A stretch of 64,000 nt of DNA. Origin: Octopus sinensis. Its lineage: Eukaryota. The notes below the pieces were generated by a model. It made no database searches. It worked only from the letters and a program-made list of their open reading frames with translations, and was not told the DNA's origin. The stretch spans positions 20,708,001 to 20,772,000 of the forward strand of contig NC_043005.1 in NCBI RefSeq assembly GCF_006345805.1, written 5' to 3'. How positions within the stretch are numbered: the stretch's first letter is position 1; every line of letters starts with the position of its first letter. The position numbers were made by a program, and so were the translations under genes. Shown in pieces: positions 27,874 through 39,500 of the stretch.

Positions 27874-30800
27874 TAAACAATTTAGGAATGGCCTTAATAG
27901 GCCATTCGTCCACTAGAAAGAGCAGCCATAACTCAAACCGCTAAGTAGTAGTAATTCAGAAATTAGGTGAAAATTTAAAAACGTTTACCCTAATTCATCT
28001 TTATACGATGCATCGTTTCGGTGTTTTTAATGATAAACTAGCCTAATTAAATTAAATTAAATTAAATTAAGTCAATCTACCATGGGTTACACTTCATCAG
28101 TAAAGAAACCGGGAGAGACTGATATACACGAGGCGTATGTATCAATGCCTTCGGAATATCTGTCTTAAAATTTTCAAGACCATCGTATTCGCGCCAACTT
28201 ATCAGCAGTAAATATAAACTGCCGATTCAATTTCAGAATTAGTCAGAAAATTATCAATTAATCAATTTAGGGTAGCAAAAAATTCAAATAGAAATTTATC
28301 GCTACCAGCGGTCTAGTGGGAAAGAGAAAATAGTCAAAGACTAAATATATAAAATCGCTGGTAGCGATAAATTTCTATTTGAATTTTTTGCTACCCTAAA
28401 TTGATTAATTGATAATTTTCTGACTAATTCTGAGATTGAATCGGCAGTTTATATTTACTGCTGATAAGTTGGCGCGAATACGATGGTCTTGAAAATTTTA
28501 AGACAGATATTCCGAAGGCATTGATACAGACGCCTCGTGTATATCAGTCTCTCCCGGTTTCTTTACTGATGAAGTGTAACCCATGGTAGATTGACTTAAT
28601 TTAATTTAATTTAATTTAATTAGGCTAGTTTATCATTAAAAACACCAAAACGATGCATCGTATAAAGATGAATTAGGGTAAACATTTTTAAATTTTCACC
28701 TAATTTCTGAATTACTACTACTTAGCGGTTTGAGTTATGGCTGCTCTTTCTAGTGGACGAATGGCCTATTAAGGCCATTCCTAAATTGTTTAATTTTATA
28801 TATTTAGTCTTTGACTGTTTTCTCTTTCCCACTAGACTGCTGGTAGCGATAAATTTCTATTTGAATTTTTTGCTACCCTAAATTGATTAATTGATAAATA
28901 TATATATATGTATATATATATAACTAGCAGAGTTACCTGGCGTTGCCCATGTTACATACAATTGAAGAATTAGATTTTCTGTTATATTTTCTGTAATGAA
29001 CTGGAATATCTATGTTTCAAATATCATCAAAATTGCAGATGAGGGTTATTTCCCTCTTTACACACCCAAACAAAATAGTAATCGTGCCACATGTATCCCA
29101 TACTACTGATTTTTATGTGCATATTCCAAAATTCCAGTCTTATAGAACCTGTTAAAAGGATTTTGCTCCTGAAAAATGGAGATCATGGAGCTCTAAAATG
29201 TGAGAGTTAATGCCCCTATTGGGAGTGGGCATCTTAATGTCAATCAGAAAAGTTGAATTGTTGAGAATCTTTTTAACATGGGTCTTATATCTATTGTTTG
29301 AATTTCTTTGAAATAGGAAATATATGTTCACTGGGTTTGTAAAAGAGAGCAAAGCTACAGGAAACGAAAAGACAAATGATCACAATAAGCAGTCAGCTAC
29401 CCTACCTCAGTCGTTACCACACCCAATGTAGAATTCCTCACCATGCAGGTGACAGGCGCAGCCGTAAGATGCATTACAAATCTATAGCAATTGGAAGGGC
29501 GTGACCCAACTGAAATAAACATTAACAACTGTGTGATGTGAGAGCTATGTAGAAATGAAAGTTAGAGTTTGCAAATGACCACTATACTGATACATAACTG
29601 GACAGAATAAATTTTACAATCTATAAATGTCTTTGAATAACCAGTTACTCATCTGGGAAGGCCTTGAAATCAATGTTACCATCTGGGGACTATGTGTGAC
29701 CCAGTGATAATAAAAAGACTGAAAGGAGGTCTGCAACCAAATAACTTTACTCAGCACTTTGCAACTGAATCAGTGGAAGCAAAGATGCCTCTCATTTATT
29801 TGACAATTTATTTAGCACATTGCAGAAATCACAATCTAAGTGTATGTCAAAGCAAATTCTTACACTGTTGTACCATTGAATTACAAATAATGCTCATCTT
29901 CTATGCTCGGGTGACCCTACAGATATGGAGTAGCAGCAAGTTCTGACAAGGTGGCAGCTTAAGATTTCATGTGTGGATTCCACCTGTTCATTGCAACTGA
30001 GGTGTATATTGTACAACAGGTATTGAGCTGTGATGAAACTGGCCCCTTTTTGGGGAAAAAAATGCCCAGAAGAACCTACATAACTGCAAAGAAGAAGAAA
30101 ATGCCAGGCCACAAGCCTATGAAAAAATAGCTAACTCTTGCCCTTTGTGCCAAAGCAAGTGGAAACTTGAAGATTAAGCTGCTCCTTGTCTACCATTCCG
30201 AAAGCTCATGAGTGTTCAAGTTGCACATCACCTGAAGGGCAAACATTAAAGTCTGGATCATCAGGCAATTCTCTGAGTGGGTCGACCTTGTCTTCAGGCC
30301 AGCAGTGAAAATATACCTTCTGACGAACATTGTTCCTCACAAGGCCCTCCTCCTCCTTGAAAATGCTCCTGCTCACCCTCCTAACTTCAAAGATGATATC
30401 CTGGATGAATTTTAGTTTATAAAAGTTATGTACCTTTCATGCAACACCACCAGTATCTTGCAGTCCATGGACCAACATGTGATTTCTAATTTTAAGAAAT
30501 CATGCACCAAACACCTGTTTCATCAGTGCTTTGAAGTCACTAAAAATACAATATCTCTGAGTTTTGGATGGCGCACTACAACATTGCCTGAAAATCATCA
30601 ATATGGCCTGGCAGAGTGTAATGAGGAGAACGTTGAATTCTGCATGGAAGAAACTGTGACCTGACAGTGTATCTGAAAGAGATTTTGAGGAGTTTGAGTT
30701 TGAGATACCTGCAATAAAGGAGATAGTATCTCTTGGCAAGTCCATGGGCACTGAGGTAGATGATGGGGACACTAATAATCTCATCAAGGAACACTCAGAG

Positions 30801-31703
30801 GAGTGATGACAGATGAATTCCAGAGGAGGACTTAGCATATGTTGAAGTGTGCAGTCTGCCCAAACATTACAGATATGATACTTTTCACAATGAAACAGCT
30901 TTCATTCCATGTACCTTACTTTCTTATTTCTTTGTTGCCCACAAAAGGCTAAACATAGAGGGGATAAACAAGGACAGACAAAGGGATTACATCGACCCCA
31001 GTGCATAACTGGTACTTAATTTGTCAACCCTGAAAGGATGAAAGGCAAAGTCAACCTCAGCGGAATTTGAACTCAGAACATAACTGCAGACGAAATACAG
31101 CTAAGCATCTCGTCTGGCTTGCTAACGTTTCTGCTAGCTTGCTGCCTTTCTGCCATACAGATACCTCTACATCCACATACGTCATCCAATTCTTTTAATC
31201 TGTAAGTCTAGGTCATTTCGGAGGCAATGTTAGGATTTCATTTTAATCTAAGCTGCTATTCTACATGTTTTTAATGTCAATAATTCCAGCATTGTTCATC
31301 ACAAAATGACCAAGAAACATTTTTATGAAGAAAAGTTGTTTGCTTCACATTCAACTTGTGCTGATACTGCCCATAAGAAAGAAACAAATTCTACAATGTG
31401 GCCGTAGGTCATAGCACCCGGACAATGCTGGTATGCATTGCTTGTATATATATATATATATATATATGTAAGAATTTTTTGCGTAATGTGATAAAAAAAC
31501 CAAGGCTGTATAGATATTAGAGCATTTATAGATAGAAGGTCTTACAGCTGTTTCTAGGATATTAATTAATAATATCGCTTCATCAGAGACGTTGTGAGAG
31601 GAAAAATTAAGTCGTATTTAATTTCGATGTGATACAAATAGAGAGTGAGGTGGAGAGAAAATAGATGTAAGATATGTATGGGTATTGAATTCGTAAATCC
31701 ATT

Positions 31704-31734
<31 letters not shown>

Positions 31735-34700
31735 TGCATTTATGTATGTATTTATATTTGAGTACATATTTCTTCTATTTGTTTCAGTTTGATTTTTGAT
31801 TTTGATTTTTCCAGTTTCAGCTAATGAGCTGTGGCCATGCTGGGGCACCGCCATTAATATATTCTATTTCAAATTTGTCATTATCTTTTCATTTTCACCC
31901 TCCTAACATATATTCGCTATTAATCTCAATTTCTCTTATCACTTCCAGTCATCAGAATAATTGACTGTGGACCTCCAAAAGACATTGCTACTACATCAAA
32001 GTCTTACAATTCCACCACCTATAAATCTGAAGTAATCTATACATGTCCAGGAGGAGAAAAATTAAAATCAGTATGTGAAAAGGACAATGAATGGGCTCCA
32101 TTGTCATCTAGTTGTAAAGGTAATGTAAATAGGTTCTCTCTTCTTGCCTTTACCTATATGAATTATCAAGGTGAAGATGAAAGTAAAAATAGTTTGTTTT
32201 CTTTGGGAAAAGATTCCAAAATCAGTAGTAAAGTGATGTTTCTTGTCATGACCAGACTACTGATATTTAATTACATTCTTTTACATTCTGGATTCAAATC
32301 CTACCAGTAGATACATCACCTTTTATGCTTCTGAAGTTGATAAAAAAGCATTAGTTAAATAGTAAGTTTCATTCATTTTCATGTACCCTCACACTGCAAA
32401 AATTTGTGACTTTATTACCAGCAACAATAATTATAATAATTCTTGTTGAAGGCAAAGGATTGAGAAAATCGTTCAAGCATCAAGCAAAATGTTTTGTGAT
32501 ATTTGTTCTGGCTTTTGAACTTCTGGGTTCAAATCTGGCTTTTGACTACTTTATCTTTCCGAGGCCAATATGTAAAAATGCTGCCAATCAAGGGTAGAAG
32601 TGTATTTTAATCAGCCAATTCCTACCATGACTCTGTTAGTTAATATATTTCTTTGATCTAAATTTTAATTTAATTTCAGTCACTGGCATCCTTTTTTTGA
32701 AAGTAAAAGATGCAATTCTGGATGTATCTGGGAAAATATTGTGGCCTAAGAAAAATGTAACAGCAGAAGCCTGTAAGAAAAAATGTCTGTCTGACAAAGA
32801 TTGTTTATCATTTGAAATAAATAAAGAAAAGGGACAATGTTACTTATCGAAGGGAAGTGCAGCTTCTTCCAAGAAATTAAAGTCAGCCAAAGGCAAAGAT
32901 TACTACCAACGAGGGAAACGTAATTATTATTTGTATTTTATTATTGGTCTGCTTTTTTTCTTTTTTTTTTCTGAAGTTTGTGATTCAGTTTACACTTTAT
33001 GTTATATAGAACACCATTTCTCTTAAAACATTGACAGGTTTACCTATGTGGAGAGACATAAACATGTTCTTGACAAAAAAAAAAGGAAAAAAGACAATAT
33101 TAAGAACTGTATACACTGTTAAAACATTCTGGTACAGCATTTGTTCAACTTGAATACTTTTCTATATATTTTCAGTTGTTTGTTTCTTATTTTAAGTCAG
33201 AAAGGAAACTATTGTTCTTTTACTTAAACTTGAAGAGTAGCAGCAGCAGCAAGTTTTTATTCATTTGTCTATTTTGGCATGACTTATTGCTGGTACAACA
33301 AAGTGTTTCACAAGGGATGTTATGTTCTACATAACACAATATACAAAATAACAGAGAAATAAATGTCAATCTGCAGATTCATGTATTTTCTACATTTTGA
33401 CATGGTTGCTATGGCTGGATGCCCTTCCTATCACCAACCATTATACCACATGAAGAAAATACATTTTCTTATACTGCTAGAATTAGAAAAACTATTTACA
33501 AGGACTAAAGAATCACCTCACTTTAGATAGGTTTCTATTCAAAGTAGTTCCATGGCTTTAAAAACATACAATCCAGCAAATTCAATCAGTTTGAGCACAA
33601 GGACTTTTGTATTCATTTTGAAATCCTTCAACATTGAAATCTTAGACATAAGGGAAAATTCATTAAATTTATTGATCTCAGTATTAAAATACTTGTGCAT
33701 GTAATTATGTCATTACTTTCATGATAAGCCTCTTGGGCCAAAAAGAATGTGCAGCTATTTTTCTGTATAACTATGCAGAACTGCAACTAGGCTGGAGTGA
33801 GAGATATTACTGCAATACTTAACCTGGGCTCCTTCAAAAAGTTCAAGCATATTCAAAGATAAGTTTTGTACAGAGCAAGTAGCCACACAATTTCTGGTAA
33901 TTTCAAAAGCCATGCCATAAAGAGATTTAAGAACTTAACTGGAATCTTCAAGAAATTTGATTTAAACTTAAAGATTACTACTAATCTAGATTCAACTAAG
34001 TGGGTATTATTTTAGAATTGATGTCCTGTATCCAGCAAATAATACTCCTGTATAAAGCCTAACAAGGAGAACAGACACCTTCATAGGAATTTTGACTACT
34101 ATTCCCAAGTTATAAGAAATGTAGTAACTGGCAATTCTAAAAGAACCTCGAATTTATCATCAAATAGATACTTTTGATGGTAATTTTTACAGTGCAAGGT
34201 GCAAACTAGAATTGGCTTTAGTAGGAAGTTAGTATAAACAGAGCATCCTCCATTACTAAATCCAAAGAGAATCAGAAAGAGAATAACTTGATTTAGTCTT
34301 GTCTTTAATGTAAATGTCTCCATGAACATTACAAGAGAAGTTTTATTCTGTTTTACTCAACATTTCTGAGCTATACATAAGTACTACGAGCTTCTGAATG
34401 TGCATTAATTTAAGGTTCATCACTCCCATCTAGACAATATAATTCCAGCATTGTATGTTAACAGAGGCAAACATTTCAGTTATCTGGCCTTTATCCCAGA
34501 CAAAATCAATCTACTTCTTTCTTGAGAGAATTCTGCCATTCTAAGACAATGGTTTACAGAGTAACCTTCACTCCACCCAATGATTTCCTAAATAATTAAA
34601 TGGAGGTCACAGCCGACAGTTTCAAGAAAAGTTATATTCAGCAATTATACTCCTTCAAGTTCATGAACAGGGACAATTCTACCAATCTGTCATGTTTTAT

Positions 34701-36443
34701 TTGGAGACTTGTGAACCAGAGACAGTTTGTGTTGTGAAAAACCTCAAGCATGCTCCTCAAATTCACTCCCTAATAAGAGACACTTTTTGTCTCTGAATAG
34801 ATGAGAGAAAACCCTTGCATATGAATGTATACATATACAAGTGGGGTACTTGAACTTAAGTTCATATGTATGCATATAGATATGTGTGTAACATAGCAGG
34901 TATGAAATTATGCATGCATGCATATATTTTATGTGAGACTTTCCAGTGTTTCAACCTTGAACTGACAAATTCAAATGCATAACTACATGCGTACATACAT
35001 TCATACAGGCATACATGCATGCATACATACACACACACACACTTAACTACATACATACATATGTATGTGAATAGCATTGTACGAGTTGGCAGTGAACTCC
35101 TCAAGAAGCACTCTCTTTCTGATGGTCTCCTATACAGCCCCAAAACAACTGGGCTCTTTTTTTCTCAGGGAAGACTCGGCATACAAAAAAAAATCTATGC
35201 ATGGGTTACATTGCCCAGAAGCTTGAAGAAGATAGTAGAATTGAGACAGAATGCAGCCTCTCTTGGATACAAGACCACTACATCACATCGCACTTTGAAA
35301 ACTATGCGTTTGCAATCCAGGAACAGGAGATGGCCCCAAAGTACCTGGTGAACAAGAGAGACAGTGATGCTCTTATAATCCCAAGGTGCAACCGCATATG
35401 TAGGCTAGGTCATGGTTTGTGGAAGACATCACACATGCGATTAGCAGCTGTCCTAAAACGTCATTACAGTACTACCTTTCTGTGCAGCATGATTTTGTTG
35501 CTAAAACAATTTACAATGCCATCCGCAAAAAAGACTGTCCTGAAATAAACTCAGAAAATCCCTCTGTTATGGAATACATTCATAAACACCAACTCAAGGA
35601 ATACTGATGGAATACTCCCATCAAAACCTCTGTCAAATGTAAACATAACAAGCCAGATATTGTTGTTCGGGACTGAGCGGCAAAAGTATGTACCATCATA
35701 GAGGTCAGCTATCCTGCAGATATAAATATCTCTTTGAAAATCAAAGTAAAAGAGGATATCAGACTATGAATTCATATTCATACTAATAATAATTGGAGCA
35801 CTAGTAAATGCTTAAAAGAGAATCATGGATAAAGTAGGATTATCAGAAAGAGAAACTGATCAGCTATTTCGTACATTACAAGTGCGTGCAGTCTCTGAGT
35901 GCAAAACATATGCAAGACTTCTCAAGTCCCAAATGTGACTTTGTCTGTGTTAACTTCATCCCAAAGAATCATCTGCAACTTAGACATTGAGACAAGTTTT
36001 AAAATGAATCTTAAGATGTTCTAAGACTCAGGTGAATTGTTTTGTAACTTGTGGATCATTTTGTGAATCATTTGTTTGTGCATAATGCATGTGTATGGAT
36101 GTGTAAATGTGTATGTCTGCATTTAAAATGTATTCTTTCTTCTTTTTCTTCTAGCCAATAATGAACATTTCATGCTTAAAAAAGTTAGCATACCAGTGGG
36201 GGATATTTTAGGACAGCATAAGAATAAGACCTTAAAGGAATGTACTGAAGAATGCTACGAATATGATGGATGTAATTCTTACCAGTACAGTGAAGAAAAT
36301 AATTTATGTGTTCTGAGTAATGTGACTCAGTCGACCGATAAACTTAAACCCAGCAAAAAAAATGTGGATGTGTACATAACTAACCCTGGTCAGTAGACTA
36401 TTTTCATTTTATTTATTGTATGCATGTGCTTTTTGTATTTGCA

Positions 36444-36508
<65 letters not shown>

Positions 36509-39500
36509 ACTGCAATGCTGCATAGCAAAAGACATGGTCTTGACTGCAGAAGATGTGAAAAGACTGCCCTTCCCCCACATTTCTCCCGACAAACCTCTAT
36601 TCCTCCTTCAGCCAGGACCATGTTTCTTCCTTGCTACCTGAAAACATATCACTTGTTAGCCATTCTTCATTAAGTAATATTGCTCTCTAACCCACACATT
36701 ACACTGGTCATTCTCTCCTCCATTCCTCCTCTCCTCACTGGACCATCATATTATCCCTTCTCATACCCTAAATATGCCTCCACCTTCCTTCAGCTCCAAC
36801 CATTTGTAATCACTTCTTTGTCCCCTCTCTCTATCAATTCTATCATTACTATCATGTAGTTACTTTCCCCTGCACACTTCTTGCATCCTTCTTCTTTCCT
36901 AACTCATGTACCATTGGCCATCCTCCTTTCCTCTCATTCATCAGTCCTAACAGCCACCCTTCATCACTACCCAATCTTTATAGATGCTGCTTACCAGCTC
37001 TCATCCATTGCCTCACTACACATTGTTGTAACTCACACTGACTCATAGTCCGAGTTTCTCTGTTCTCACTCACTTCTACTCACCTTGAAAATTAAGGTGC
37101 CACATAAATACCTCTTCATTACTTTTTTTTTTCAGCTACTAGTGATTAATTCTTGCACTGTCCCCCAAATGTGAATAACCAGATGGCTCTTCTACATCAA
37201 GTATCTACTCTACTCCATCTTCTTCTCTCATATTATCTGTCAGCTTCTAGCATAAAGCTATTATAACTCTGCTCTAGAATTTGTAGTCTTGCAAGCTGCA
37301 TGGCAACTTTACTAGTGGCACAAGGAAAGCACCTTTTACACATTGTTAAGTGGATGGCATTTGAAAGAGCATCCAGTCATAGAAACCTTAGCAAAGTAGT
37401 AACTGGAGCACAATGCAGTCTTATCAAACTGTCCAGCTGATGCCAGCATGAATATTAAATATTGATGGTGATGTTTATATGAGTGTGTAGCGTATACACA
37501 CACACACATTGTGAGAGAAAAGTATAGGCATGAACTTTGTACTCCATTATTACTTCTGTTTACGAGGAAATGCAGTATCTGAGTATTTCCTTAGGGATAT
37601 AGCTCCACCCCAAGCAAAGACTATACCTTAAGTTGGTGGTACAGAAGTCTACTCTGTTAATCTTCCAGTGATTTTGCTGTATCTCTTATGTGCCCATAGC
37701 TTCTACTGGCTACACTGTGTGAAATTTCTACCTACACCTTTTCTACATAATTAGTAAGGTCATTTCCTAGAAGGAATTAATAATTTTTCTGTTTTCCTTC
37801 TCCCTAGCACTTTGGTCTTTGCTAAATTAACTCTAAGCTCCTTTGATTCCAGGCCTTGCTTCTACACCTGAAATGTCTTCTCTAATTCTACAATAGATTA
37901 AACTATAAAAACAATGTCATCAGTGTAGAGGTGTGCCCATGGGCAACCAGTTTTAAGTACCTCTGTTATGGCCTGGGTGTCTGTGATAGACAAGAGTGGG
38001 CTAAGAAGTGATCCTTTGTGAGCTACCTGCATACAAAACTCATTGACATATTCATTTCTGACTTTCAATTTACTGACAGCATCCCTGTACATAGCTTGGA
38101 TAGTTGTCACCAACCAGCTTCTGCTGTAATCACAAGATGGCATTCTTAATATCAACAAATACCAAGTACAGTGGTTAGTTTTTGCTAAATTTCTCTTCTG
38201 CAGTTGCCTTACTCAGAAGGCAGCATCAGTAGTGCTTATCTCTGATACAAAAGCAAACTACATGCCATCTAGCTTACAACTCTTCTTAATGAGTTGATCT
38301 ATGAGCCCTTCTGTAACTTTCATCACCTGGTCCAACAATATATATATGTACACACACACACACACACACTTGTACATATGTGTGTTTGTGTGTGTGTATA
38401 TATATTTTTAAAGAAGTCATGGGCCAACACGTTTTTGGGATCTGAGAATATGCTATAAACATCTTTGTGGATGGGAAACTTAAGGTAATCACATAAACTG
38501 GATTTCCCCATTTTTAATGTATACTGCTCTACATCACAGAATGTGTTTCCTCTTTCAGATTTATATATTTTTACAAACGAAGATATATATACATATGTGT
38601 TTGATAGATGAATATCTTGTGAAAGCAGTACAGGACATGTGCAGAGATGCTGCTAGTAAGGCAAGAGTTGACCATGGGTACAGTGATGAATTTAGGTGTT
38701 CACCAAGGGAAGGTCCCCAGCCCCTTCTAATTCATCATAGACCATAACAGAGATTTAAGACTGGATGCCCATGAGAACTACTATATGCTGATGATCTTTC
38801 CCTCATAGCAGAATCTGTAATAAAATTAGAACAGAAATTCCATGGACATACAGTGGAATAGTAGGAAGGTTAGCAGAGAAAGTAATGTTTGTATGTGGAA
38901 GATGTATGGGTGCCATAAAAACCACATATACATAGGAAAGTGATTTTCTCAATGTCCTGGTGACTCTTATAATTCTTGTTAATTAGCAGTGGATGAAGTA
39001 GTACAGAAAGTGTAATTTGCAAGAATAATAAAAGGATGGAGAAAGTTCAGAGACCTTTCATCTTTGTTGGCAAGCAAATGTTCCACTCTCCAAGTAGTAT
39101 TTGTGACACCACATGGTTGTGAGACATAGGCCTTGAATACAGAGGAGATGCGATGGCTGGAGATTTATGAAGCTGGTATGCTCTGTTGGATATGTGATGT
39201 CAGTGTGCATGTGCAACAGAGCACTAGTGTATTGAGAAAGAATTTGGGCATAAGAGGAATTGTATGTAGTGTGTAAGAGAGGAGACTGTGCTTGTTTGGT
39301 CATGTGATGTGGATGGATGTGGTGAGTTACATAAGGAAGTGCTGATCACTTAAAATGGGAAGACATTGTGGATGAGGGAGACACAAGAAGACATAGGATG
39401 GAGTATTTAAGGCTGAACTCAAAATGCTGAGCCTTACAAAGGAGATGACAGAGGGCTGAGCAATGCGAGACTTTGCTATACTAAAGAAGACCTACCCACC

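Noticed and set aside
29580-29900. Possible Helitron helicase coding remnant next to the CTAG end
   Set aside because: No convincing PIF1 or Rep motifs could be read.
31951-31960. Alternative acceptor atcag| for exon S3
   Set aside because: Shifts the frame and gives an immediate TAA; the 31949 start gives the conserved 171-nt length.
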